Below, piece after piece: positions 27,133 to 39,067 of a stretch of DNA of 64,000 nucleotides (positions within the stretch are counted from its first letter, which is position 1; each line of letters opens with the position of its first letter). The stretch is from Eledone cirrhosa (lineage: Eukaryota). The notes beneath the pieces were generated by a model. That model did not search any database, had not been told where the DNA came from, and saw only the letters and a list, made by a program, of their open reading frames with translations. The translations under genes and the position numbers were made by a program. The stretch covers positions 220,782,001 through 220,846,000 of the forward strand of contig OZ024741.1 in NCBI GenBank assembly GCA_964016885.1, given 5' to 3'.

Positions 27133-27736
27133 TTGGAAATTTAGTAAAATCGAATCTCTGGCGGTTTGCAAGCAAATTCGGCCTACTTATATGAAATGAT
27201 GAGTTAGCAAAGCACTCGATAAGTCAGGTCCTTAGAGTAATAACATACGTTTAAATAGCTTGACAAATCGAACATTGTGGTAGGCAAAATCTAACACATA
27301 ATAATATACCAAAGTAACGATAGGACTAACAGGTTGAGAAAAATACACCTGGACAAATCAAACGATTATACGTTTAAAGTGTTTCTTTGAAGCCGAAATC
27401 AAATACCAGACTTACTTGACTGGCAAGCTCGTGGTATTCATGATCGAATGGAGGATTCAGTTTTTCAACAGGCTTTTCGTTCTACCCGGAAGAGGGGTCA
27501 TAGGCTACATGTTGCTGCTAAATGCAATCGTATACATATATATCTAAAAACATATACATATATATACATATACATATACATATATATACATATACATATA
27601 CATATACATATATATATATATATATATATACATACACACACATACATACACGCATACATATACATACATATATATACATATACACGCACATATACACACA
27701 CACATATATATACATATATACACATATATATATATA

Positions 27737-28112
27737 ACTTTCACCGTATTTTTTTTTACTAAAGAAATTTTATTCTGATAATGGGGTTTAGAACCCTCAG
27801 ATAAATGGAAAAAGATGAGTATTGATGTACATGGTGGTCGAACCCACATCTTTGGTTATCCGGACCACTGTGCTACCATTACCCTAACACATCACCCATA
27901 CATAAATGTGGGTGATGTGTTGGTGTAATGGTAGCACAGTGGTCCGGATAACCAAAGATGTGGGTTCGACTCCCATGTACATCAATACTCTTTTCCCCTT
28001 TATCTGAGGGTTCTAAACCCCATTATCAGACTAAAATTTCTTTAGTGAAAAAAAAATACGGTGAAAGCTATTCTATTTCTAATTTCAAACCTGCTCACTA
28101 TTTCAAAACATA
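27737..28112. mobile_element. Family D fold-back element containing two inverted tRNA-like cassettes
   Basis: 27737-27900 is the reverse complement of ~27907-28068. The tail is shared with 38760-38975 and 54545-54833. Confidence 0.82.
27914..27984 (+). tRNA. tRNA-like cloverleaf (anticodon-position GGA, probably non-decoding); inverted copy at 27823-27893
   Basis: Acceptor GATGTGT/GTACATC+A, D arm GTGT-AATGGTA-GCAC, anticodon arm TGGT-CCGGATA-ACCA, T arm GTGGG-TTCGACT-CCCAT. A-box TGGTGTAATGG, B-box GGTTCGACTCC, and a T-run about 6-10 nt downstream. Confidence 0.72.
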
Positions 28113-28129
28113 CCCAACTACACCTCTCA

Positions 28130-28508
28130 AAGTCAATGACACACGACCGTGACTTCTGGCGTCACGCAGTAATACAGGGTACCCGACCTCCCATGGGTAC
28201 ATGCTGAAGCATATAAACAATATGCCCCCCCCCCCCACCGCAAGGTGGTCGTGGAGGTGCCACGGCAAAAAAGCACCCAGCCCACACTGTAAAGTGGACG
28301 TGTAGGCGCCACGAAAAAGCACCCAGCACTCACTGTAAATGAGGTTGGTGTTAGGAAGGGCATCCAGCTGTAGAAATCAAGCCAGATCAGTTCCTGTATG
28401 AGCAAGGCATGGTCAGCCGACCAGACACTGCCCACAACAGGACAACCCGTCTAACCCATGCTAGCGTGGAAGAACGGACGTAAAACGGTGATGATGATGA
28501 TGATGATG

Positions 28509-28510
<2 letters not shown>
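28130..28510 (+). mobile_element. Cephalopod SINE body with an RTE-type 3' tail ending (GAT)n
   Basis: gttaggaagggcatccagctgtagaaa...aacccatgctagcgtggaagaacggacgtaaaacg(gat)n. The tail is shared with 63520-63630 (-). Confidence 0.75.
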
Positions 28511-28543
<33 letters not shown>

Positions 28544-28576
28544 CACATATATATACATATATATATACATACACAT

Positions 28577-28615
<39 letters not shown>

Positions 28616-28682
28616 TATACACACATACACACATACATATACACATATACATACATATACATATATATATTTATACACACAC

Positions 28683-28728
<46 letters not shown>

Positions 28729-28783
28729 ACACATACACACACACGTACATACATATACACATATATCAACACATAGACACACA

Positions 28784-28833
<50 letters not shown>

Positions 28834-28860
28834 TATATATATATATACACATATATATAC

Positions 28861-28897
<37 letters not shown>

Positions 28898-28920
28898 CAC
28901 ATACACATACATATACACAT

Positions 28921-28963
<43 letters not shown>

Positions 28964-29092
28964 TACAAATATACACACACACAGGCACATATATATATAT
29001 ACATATACACATACATATACATATACATACACATACATATATACACTCTTATATACACACACATATATATATATATACACATATATACACAC

Positions 29093-29130
<38 letters not shown>

Positions 29131-29359
29131 ATATGCACATATATACACATACACACACACATATATACACACACACATATACACAAACATACACATACAT
29201 ACATATTACATAAATATATATACAGATATATAGACACACATATATACACATATATATATATATATATAAATATATATATAAAAATAAATAAATACATACA
29301 CAGATATATACATATATACATACATACACATACATACATATACACATACACATATACAT

Positions 29360-29456
<97 letters not shown>

Positions 29457-29520
29457 CACACATACACACATATACACATGTATACACACATACATATATA
29501 TATATATACACACACACACG

Positions 29521-29552
<32 letters not shown>

Positions 29553-29555
<3 letters not shown>

Positions 29556-29870
29556 AAGGCGGGTAAAATTCCCGAGATCCATGGACGAGTTCTCTCCAGC
29601 GGTCTCTGTCCCTCATCATCGCTGCCATGTCTTGCGTCTCTAACGAGAACATTGAGGATGGCTCTGAACATTAATCAGTATACACTGAGGATGAAAAACT
29701 CAGAGCTGTATGGGAGCATCCCAAAAGTCAGCTCAAAAGTGACACAGAGGAGACTGAGGTTAGCTGGACGTGCTCAACGACATCCAGAGTTGACATTGCA
29801 CTCAGTGCTCCTGTGGGAGCCCCTATATGGACACACTAGAAGAGGAAGACCAAGGTTAACGCATGTTGAT
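29553..29870. mobile_element. RTE LINE 3' fragment with 5' inversion, in (TA)n
   Basis: 29640-29870 (+) encodes TRTLRMALN...[14 protein letters not shown]...[21 protein letters not shown]. 29645 to 29553 (-) encodes the extreme C-terminus [29 protein letters not shown]. Confidence 0.8.
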
Positions 29871-29879
29871 ATATATATA

Positions 29880-29946
<67 letters not shown>

Positions 29947-30352
29947 AAATATGAAAATAAACGTGCTGCGGCGTTGCTAATGGGTTACATATGAATAAAG
30001 TTACTCCTTCATCAGTGATCTTCCAACCATCATTGGTATTTCATCGCTTTAATGACCATATACCTCCGGTTGGTGCGAGCAACGGCTAAAGAAAGTCGTT
30101 GGGACATGTAAATAAAGGGAACAGCGAGAGTGTAAACAAACAAAGATAGTGAAGCAACGAAAAGTGAGGAAGAAGAAGTCAAGTCCAAAAATTTCTATGA
30201 ATATAATTTCGTTGAAATCGTGAACGAGAGAGAATAAAGACCATCAAACCCGGTTGAAATGCGAGCAAGGAAGGAATTTCGCACAGGTCTAACGGGAGGA
30301 AGAAGGGGTCTAGTCTGTGAATTCGGTAAACATAAGTTCTGTGAAATCGTAG

Positions 30353-30452
<100 letters not shown>

Positions 30453-31022
30453 CATACATATACACACATATACACACATTTACACACACGTATATATATA
30501 TATATATATACAAATAAGTACTCATAAATATACGCATATACACAGGCACATAAAAACAGCTCTACAGGCAGAAAATGCAGATAGGTAAGAGGTACTCACA
30601 TAACAATAGTGCTGTATTTCAGGTTGAGGAGGGGTGGGTGGGATGGGAAGGAGGTAGTGGGGCTAAAAGGGGGAAGTTGTTTTTAGCCATCGGGCATTAA
30701 CACTGGCTTAAGGTATTTGAATGTTGCAAAGTTCTTGTGCATGCAGTTCGGGCAGTGTTCAGAGAGTTTGTTCAGTAGCGGGCCCTTGGCGAATAAAATT
30801 TCATAGCTCTCTGAGATACAAAGGTCGCAGCCCTTGTGTCCTCCGTTGTAAGAGCGCGCTTTCTGGAGTATATTGTTACTCTAAATATAAATTATAGCTT
30901 TAAAGAATTAGCTTTTAATGAATTCCCTTTTCTATCAACCATTGACCTCTACCCATCCCACTCCCCACCCTCTCCTACCACCTGAAGAGACATATAAATA
31001 CCATATTTATTTTTTGATACCC

Positions 31023-31073
31023 AGATTCCTGATGATTTCTAAAGAATGAAACAGTTCTAGTCCTGTAGAATCT
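31023..31073 (+). ncRNA. Type I hammerhead ribozyme (family B)
   Basis: AGATTC-CTGATGA-[TTTC TAAA GAAT]-GAAA-CAG TTCTAGTC CTG-TA-GAATCT. Confidence 0.82.
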
Positions 31074-31171
31074 CATCTATATTAAAACTGTTATACTCTG
31101 CTATGTATTGAGTACCTTACTTACTGTGGTTACCTCCAATTCAACCCGTAATAACGCACGTATATATATAT

Positions 31172-31500
31172 AGTGCTTCGAACCTGTTATAAATAAATTT
31201 GTTGAATAACCAACAAATTAAATATCTCTTTGCTTCGAAGCCCACTACAGGTTTTCTGGAGTATAATATCAACGATATTAATAAATGGAAACTATATTTA
31301 TAAAACCATATTTATTTTATTATATATATTTCAAGGGTACCAACAATTTCGTACCCTCTAATCAGATAAAATACAAAATTTGTTTTATAAATGTTGATAT
31401 ACCCAAGAAACCAGACCTTATCGGTTCAGGTTCAGCTTAAAAGCTGAGTAAACGCATGGAAACACATATTCGGTATTTTCACATGTCTATGTACACAAAT
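31172..31500. mobile_element. Family E PLE terminus (forward tail piece plus inverted pLTR with a decayed hammerhead at ~31313-31375, - strand)
   Basis: Homologous to 53470-53722. The core is mutated to CTGATTA. Confidence 0.75.
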
Positions 31501-31557
31501 GTATAAATTTATACACACCTTTACGCACCCTGTATATATATATATCTATTCCGTTTA

Positions 31558-31656
<99 letters not shown>

Positions 31657-31810
31657 TGACTGTCAATACTGGAATTGAACCATCAAGACAGTTGAGGCAT
31701 GTCATACATAATTCATGTATTTTATCTGACTAGGACGTACTGAAAAAACAGCACAGTACGTCCGAAATATATATTTTCATTATGTGAACGTCTTCATTTA
31801 TTAATATTTT
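31657..31810 (+). mobile_element. Family F PLE-like terminus with a hammerhead-like motif (31717-31775); inverted partial copy at 18349-18445
   Basis: GTATTTTAT-CTGACTA-GGACGTACTG...CAGTACGTCC-GAAA-TATATA. Perfect 10-bp stem II, but the 3' strand of stem I does not match. Confidence 0.6.
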
Positions 31811-31916
31811 GAATAATATATATATATTATATATATATATAATATAATATATATATATATATATATAGAAAAATCGAAGCTTTAGCTGTGAGCAAGCAAA
31901 GTCGACCTACAATAGG

Positions 31917-31939
<23 letters not shown>

Positions 31940-31947
<8 letters not shown>

Positions 31948-32026
31948 TTCAAAGGTACAATGCTTTTTAAGTACGTTTTCATCAGACAAAATATAAGGTT
32001 TTGATTATTCAATTCCAGTATTGGTT
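31940..32026 (-). ncRNA. Hammerhead motif (family F-related) running directly into (TA)n
   Basis: Minus strand: tattttgt-CTGATGA-AAACGTAC...GTACCTTT-GAAA-TATATA... Upstream caatactggaattgaa is shared with family F. Confidence 0.6.
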
Positions 32027-32408
32027 ATATATATATATACAGAGAGAGGGGGGGAGACAGAGAGAGAAGTCTATGATATAATTCGGCTGCTTAACGCCCA
32101 AATTCCCATATATCGTAACTACTAACATGATTCTTTGCTAATTAATATCCGTGTCTATGACATTTCCGATAGAATTCCCAGACAATGAGATAACATTTTC
32201 AATAAAATTCCTAGACAATTCCAACAGGATTCTAAGACAGTATTTATAGGTGATCTCTATAAAAAATATTTGAGAAAGTAATTACCAGGTATATTTTACT
32301 CGAATTTTTCATCGTTCATTTATAATCATCGTTGATTATTATACTTATTTACGTTGTGATGACTACATTTCAAATATATAAGTACGCAATATTTCTTAAG
32401 TTAACCGG

Positions 32409-32451
<43 letters not shown>

Positions 32452-32732
32452 TATATATATATATATATATATTTCGTTTCTGAAACAAAATGGCGTAGGA
32501 CAGAACAAAGGAGAGGCACAAAAACAAAGAAAGGAATCCCCAGTCACTGAAGAGGTTACAGAGTGTGTGACGAAAGAACTATGATAATATATAAACAACT
32601 ATCTGGTTGTGGAACCAACCAACCAACCAGAAATTTATAAATTTATAAATTTATTATAAATTTATTATAATAAATTGAAGTGAAAGCAACTGGTGCGTGT
32701 GTTTCTTATTGGCAACATGACCCTCCCAAAGT

Positions 32733-32766
<34 letters not shown>

Positions 32767-32773
<7 letters not shown>

Positions 32774-32973
32774 AGAAAAAAAAGAGAATCAGTGTTGCGA
32801 CAAATGGAATTTATTGGACATATTACGATCGTTACGATTGTAATATGTCCAATAAATTCCATTCGTTGCAACACTGATTCTCTTTTTTTCTGTGATATCA
32901 TACTCTGCTCTATAAGAGTATCGAGTGCTCATACGGCCTACCGCATACGGACGCTTTAAGCATCCAACACCAA

Positions 32974-32977
<4 letters not shown>
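32767..32977. mobile_element. Family J fold-back element in (TA)n
   Basis: ~65-bp arms (atatcacagaaaaaaaagagaatcagtgttgc... / ...gcaacactgattctctttttttctgtgatat) plus a unique tail. Confidence 0.7.
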
Positions 32978-33053
<76 letters not shown>

Positions 33054-33134
33054 GAAGTACTTCCATAAGAAGGAGACTGCTCTATGTAAGCTTCAGAGAT
33101 ATTTAATTATGTAATAAACAACATAAGACAATTA

Positions 33135-33207
33135 TTCCATTTACCAAAGGTTTCACGAAGACAGACGAGCTCAACAGAGACATCTGAAGTCGCTCATCAG
33201 AATGAAA
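33135..33207 (-). ncRNA. Type I hammerhead ribozyme (family G-related; element ~33053-33247)
   Basis: Minus strand: TTTCATT-CTGATGA-[GCGA...CAGATG...CGTCTG...TCGT]-GAAA-CC TTT GG-TA-AATGGAA. Confidence 0.8.
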
Positions 33208-33389
33208 ATTTAATCAGATTATGTCTTATGTTGTTTATTACATAATTATATATATATATGTGTGTGAGTGTGTATATGTGTTTATGTGTATATATATGTA
33301 TGTATATATATGTATATGTATATATATATATACAGTATTTACGTATCGAGAGAGAGAAAAAAAAGGGGGAAGATAGGTGATACATATAG

Positions 33390-35320
33390 TTATTTGCCAA
33401 GTAGCGTATGCCAAAGGTACTCGATACTAGTGCCGGCAGTATTAAATATTCGAAGTGTTAATATTTAGTGGGCTAGAGAATTAGCAGAGCGTAAGCACGT
33501 GGGAAAGTAAGAAATCGGAGAATAGACCGTTAAAACATATTTATTTAAAACAGCACCTACGTACGTTTCGCCCGGTTGGTCTTCTCAGGGGCATAAATAA
33601 TCAAAAGTGTTCCTTACGTTGCTCGGAAAGAGTTTTTCGGGTTAAATCTACGTCAAGGTTCATTGCTCGCAAAAATAGCCTGTTTTGATTTTGCAGCAGG
33701 TCAAGGGAGGTAACTCTGGCCGGTGTTAGGGCAGTCTTTCCCGGACACATTTTTTTTATCCGCTACGAGATTAGGTTACAACCTTACCATTGTCGATACG
33801 CATGTAATCAACGCTTATTTTGAGAGTTTGTTTTGCTGCATCTGTTTGTCTGAGTCGTTTGAGGCTGGGTCTGATATGCAAGGATAGTTTCCTGGGTGTT
33901 CTTTTGCAGCACCTGCCCGCCGGGGTGTTAAGACTTGTTGCAGGGAGATCCGGTGCACGGTTTCACTCCTCATCCTTAACCCATCTGAAGAAGGATATTT
34001 TTAAGCGATGTGTACAACTTATCGCTGTTTCAGCTCTGCTGTTGATTAGCTCGTGGGGTGCAGTTATGATGTGGTAGAGCTCCATGAGGCAAAGATCGCA
34101 TTTCCTCTTGAAGTTGTACGGTGCAGCCCTGCCGACAATATTCCAGTGCGTGGAGAAGCTGATGTTTAAGACCTTTAGTGATGTGATGTAATCCGCGAGC
34201 GAAGTGGAGTCTCTTGTTTTTTATTTGTGAAAGAGTGGAGCTGTGTTCGAAACCTAATTTTGAACGGGCCGGAGGTAGCCCCTATATAATGTTTAACGCT
34301 ATTGTGGCTAGTTATAGTGCATCTATATATAACCCTATCAGTCAAGCAGTATCCTCTAAGGGGGCAGCGTCCTCTGTCACGGTTCCGTCTATTTCCCACG
34401 GTAAGGCTATCATTGTTACTGCCTACGTTGTTACCCACGCTACCGCAGCTGTCGTTAGCACCATTACAACCCACAGCACGCGGGGTGGTGCGATTGTTAT
34501 TCCACACGTCATGTCCTGTATGTTCGCCAGTCATTTCGCGGTTATGCTGGTTACGTCTGCGGATGCCGTTGCCAACACTATTGGATGCTGCCAGGGAGTT
34601 GTTAAGACACTCCACTTCGCTCGTGGACTACATCACATCGCTAAAGGACTTAAACATCAGCTTCTCCACGCACTGGGATATTGTCGGCAGGGCTGCACCG
34701 TACAACTTCAAGAGGAAATGCGATCTTTGCCTCATGGAGCTCTACCACATCATAACTGCACCCCATGAGCTCATCAACAGAAGAGCTGAAACAGCGATAA
34801 ATTGTACACATCGCTTAAAAATATCCTTCTTCAGATGGGTTAAGGATGAGGAGTGAAACCGTGCACCGGATCTCCCTGCAACAAGTCTTAACACCCCGGC
34901 GGGCAGGCGCTGCAAAAGAACACCCAGGAAACTATCCTTGCATACCAGACCCAGCCTCAAACGACTCAGACAAACAGATGCAGCAAAACAAACTCTCAAA
35001 ATAAGCGTTGATTACATTCGTATCGACAATGATAAGGTTGTAACCTCATCTCCTGGCGGATAAAAAAAATTTGTCCGTGAAAGACTGCCCTAACACCGGC
35101 CAGAGTTATCTCCCTTGACCTGCTGCAAAATCAAAACAAGCTATTTTTGCGAGCAATGAACCTTGACGTAGATTTAACCCAAAAACTCTTTCCGAGCAAT
35201 GTAAGGAACACTTTGGATTATTTATGCCCTCGAGAAGCCCAACTGGGCGAAACGTACGTAGGTGCTGTTTTAAATAAACATGTTTTAACGGTCTATTCTC
35301 CGATTTCTTACTTTCCCACG
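33390..35320 (-). mobile_element. Family H Naiad-type Penelope-like element: GIY-YIG region plus pLTR, with a ~710-bp inverted duplicate
   Basis: The minus ORF has CPLRGYCLTDRVIYRCTI...HYIGATSGPFKIRF. The inverted copy 34608-35320 encodes TSLVDYI...HWDIVGRAAPY...CDLCLMELYHII...LINRRAE...CTH. 33500-34212 is the reverse complement of 34608-35320. Hammerheads at 33553-33592 (-) and 35226-35265 (+). Confidence 0.88.
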
Positions 35321-35365
35321 TATATATATATATATGTATGTATATATATATATATCAATATGTGA

Positions 35366-35543
35366 ATTGGCAGTATCGGTAGAGGGTTGGACGCCATGCT
35401 TTCTAGCATAGTTACGTCCCTTTACAGTCTGAGTTCAAATCCCGCCGAGGTTAACTTTGCCTTTCATCCTTACGGGGTCGATAAAATAAAGTACCAGTAA
35501 TGTACTGGGTAGTTGCTGGCCTTGTGCCTAAAGTAGAAACAAT
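35366..35543 (+). mobile_element. OK-type SINE in (TA)n
   Basis: Head, core and tail. Confidence 0.88.
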
Positions 35544-35578
35544 ATATATATATATATTTATATATATATATATATATT

Positions 35579-35727
<149 letters not shown>

Positions 35728-35829
35728 GCGTGCGTGCGTGTGTTGGAAAGTAACTGAATAATCAACACAGCAAAAGGATACATATAGTATAATGAATATA
35801 TATATATATATATATATAAAATTAAATAT

Positions 35830-37127
35830 GATCATAGTATTGAAAACCCGACCCCTATACAGAGGGTATCAAAAGAGTTAAATCTCACCACAGCAATAAT
35901 CCTAAAAAAAAACACAGAAAGAAAAATATAGATAAGAAGATACCACACACTAAACAGTAATATGAATAAGAACCATAAGAAGAATAGAAGTAATACATTT
36001 TTAATTCTCCGTTCAACTTAAATGTCACAACAAACATACCTAACGATTTCTTCTCTATCCTAGACAAAAACTTCCCAACTAACCATAAATACCACAACCT
36101 ATTTAACAAAAATGCCATTAAAATCTCCTACTCCACCACACCTAGCATAGCAGACCATATAACCAGCACCAACAAGAAAAAGATTAAAAAGTACTTCAGA
36201 TTACACCAAAGTAATAATGTCCCGCATAGAAATAACCTGAACAATACGACAGTAGAGGACCATACAGCAAGTCATACTAATAATACCAATAATAATAATA
36301 CTTACCATAATCATAATACTAGAAGTAGAAACAGAAACAACCACTCAAATGCATACCCCCTTAACCAGTATACTAATTACCAAAACAATTATAATTGTAG
36401 ACCTAAAAAGACATGCCCATTAAATAAGAACTGCCTTATTAAACACATTATCTACCCCGATACTGTAACCGCTAATCACATCTCGAAAGTATATATAAGC
36501 TCAACATCGGATAGCTTTAAGACCAGATATAATTCACACCTTCATTCGTTCAGACACCCTAAACTTAGCAACGTAACCTCACTATCCACATACATACACT
36601 CATTACAATCAAGTAATATACCATACACCTTAAAATGGGAAGTGATAGCTAAGGCCCCTTCATATAGACCACCTTACAAATTTTGTAACCTTTGCATCCT
36701 CGAGTCTATAAATATTATTCACTCTAATCTTAGCCTGCTAAATAGGAAATCAGAGATCCTCTCCACGTGTCCACATTACCATAGATTCTCTTTCCACTAC
36801 TTCAAACCTAGTAACTAATAATAAAAATAATAAAAATAAAAACCAATGTCGGAGATAACACTAGACTACCACCTTTTAATTTATCCAATTAGACCTTCAT
36901 AAATATGGGACTACACGTTAATTAAAAGACCACACTAACCTATATACTGTCAATAAACCCCTTGTTGGATCTCTTACCTTATACAATTAAAATAATTAAA
37001 TAATATAGACACTCTAACATACTCTCAATATACAACACCAACTAAATAGCAGACAACTGTGTATATAACACCAATTAATCCAGTATATATTATGCAACTC
37101 ACTATCCTGTCGCAAAACTCTCTGTGC

Positions 37128-37214
<87 letters not shown>

Positions 37215-38200
37215 TGTGCAGAGAGAGTCTGTATACATATATGTATGTACGTGTACATACTTATATATATATATATATACACATTATATTAGATATACAT
37301 ATACTAACTATATAAAAACTATCTAGTTATAGTAATTTAAAGAGAATGTGTCTAACTCCCTCCACACAAGTTTAAAAGATAACAATTATATAACCAATAA
37401 TATTTGATATACTCTATAAAGATTAATTTATAACACTACTACAATAATAATAAAACAAACCTTAATTTATCAACAACTTTAATTACCTCCCTGTGTTATT
37501 AACCCACTTTACAACTTCCTGTATAAACTCATAAAATTAAGCAACCTAACGGTTTACCAACAGCTTAATAACGGTTAATACAAACCCTAGAAAGGATAAT
37601 TTGTAGATAAAAAATGCATAAGATAATATATCTACAATAACAACATGGCCAGTAATTTGGTGGAATTACTGGCCATGTTGTTATCACCTATCCAACTCTA
37701 TCACGTGCTTTGCATTACACCTCACATAACAAATACCTACATTATCACCACATGCCTCTCTAATAAATTGCACGCCATCTTAAACATTTATAACAATTAT
37801 AACATGCTTTAACACCCCACACAAAATATGTTTATTTCAATTGCACTATAACTCTTTCCGCATACATGCCTTATTGACTGTATTGACTCCTGAATTGTAC
37901 ACCACTTTTCCTTGCTTGTTACTTGTTTGCCTGTACATTTTGCTTATACCTCTTACACTTTCAACAAGTGCTGCCTGTAATTGTGTTCTCTCAAGCATAA
38001 CATCTTTTTAACTCCTGACTCTCCACACGATGCCTTTGACACTAAAAACAATTATGTACCCTAAATGTTCTGAATGACTAGGATTTTAGTCACATGTTTC
38101 GACATTCCCTATGCTCCGATGATACCAGACTTCCCTCTGGAAGAAACAATTGTCAACAAATAAATGTTCTAAACTAAAATTTGATCGTTTTAACACTTTG
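35830..38200 (+). mobile_element. Family K 5'-truncated Naiad-type Penelope-like element with a long 3' UTR
   Basis: Coding remnant at 35994-36818 and a hammerhead-like motif at 38110-38160 (CCGATGA..CCAGA/TCTGG..GAAA CAATTG TC). Ends in (TA)n. Confidence 0.78.
35994..36818 (+). pseudogene. PLE linker plus GIY-YIG endonuclease; stop-free 275-codon frame without ATG, not in the ORF track
   Basis: Hand translation: YIFNSPFNLNVTTNI...LFNKNAIKISYST...YNCRPKKTCPLNKNCLIKHIIY...VYISSTSDSFKTRYNSHLHSF...TSLSTYIH...KWEVIAKAPSY...CNLCILE...LLNRKSEILSTCPH. Confidence 0.85.
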
Positions 38201-38206
38201 TATATA

Positions 38207-38258
<52 letters not shown>

Positions 38259-38463
38259 TATATGTGAGAAAATCCACAGACCCTCCATCTCAACTCTACT
38301 TTTGAAAGCAGAAGAACTGTGAAACCGGTAAAGGAACCAAATAAATAAATTTTTTTTTTTTAAATAAGACTCCAGTTGCATTTTCGATTTCATTTTCTTT
38401 CCTTTATACTTTCACTCGTGTAGGACACCTCGGTTATTTTTCATTTTGTAAGAAAAACCTCAC

Positions 38464-38537
<74 letters not shown>

Positions 38538-38540
<3 letters not shown>

Positions 38541-38720
38541 AAAAAGTATGACCCCCGACGGCTGTTTCTGGACTGAAATAGCCGTCCAGAAATAGCCGTC
38601 GAAACGGCTTGAGCTCTGCCGTCGGGGTCATACTTTTTCCTATTTCCCACTCTACTACTCTAAGTATTGAGTACTCTGGTGTGTTATGGTCCATCTGGTT
38701 CCTTACCACATTTCATTTGT

Positions 38721-38723
<3 letters not shown>
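38538..38723. mobile_element. Family A-variant fold-back terminus in (TA)n
   Basis: aggaaaaagtatgaccccgacggc / gccgtcggggtcatactttttcct arms, GAAA CGGC...GCCG TC, and the same tail as the other A copies. Confidence 0.8.
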
Positions 38724-38759
<36 letters not shown>

Positions 38760-38762
<3 letters not shown>

Positions 38763-38972
38763 TAAATATGTTTTGAAACAGTGAACAGGTTTGAAATTAG
38801 AAAATAGAATAGCTTTCACCGTATTTTTTTACTAAAGAAATTTTAGTCTGATAATGGGGTTTGGAACCCTCAGATAAATGGAAAAAGATGAGTATTGACG
38901 TATGTCAATACTCATCTTTTTCCATTTATCTGAGGGTTCTAAACCCCATTATCAGATTAAAATTTCTTTAGT

Positions 38973-38975
<3 letters not shown>
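38760..38975. mobile_element. Family D fold-back element in (TA)n
   Basis: Arms centred on gagtattgac-gtat-gtcaatactc. Confidence 0.82.
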
Positions 38976-39020
<45 letters not shown>

Positions 39021-39029
39021 TAACGTTTG

Positions 39030-39067
39030 TTTTTGTACGTTTCGGGTGTTAGCCCTTCATCAGAAAA
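39030..39067 (-). ncRNA. Minimal hammerhead motif at the end of a repeat abutting (TA)n
   Basis: Minus strand: tttt-CTGATGA-AGGG CTAACA CCC-GAAA-CG-TA-caaaa. Confidence 0.6.

Noticed and set aside
27131-27530. Island in (TA)n with tgatgag...ctcgataagtc
   Set aside because: The core is too degenerate (ATGATGA, GATA) to call a hammerhead. Left unidentified.
27914-27984. Functional tRNA-Ser(GGA) gene
   Set aside because: C at position 33, short variable arm, mismatched top anticodon-stem pair, and location in a repeat. Kept only as tRNA-like.
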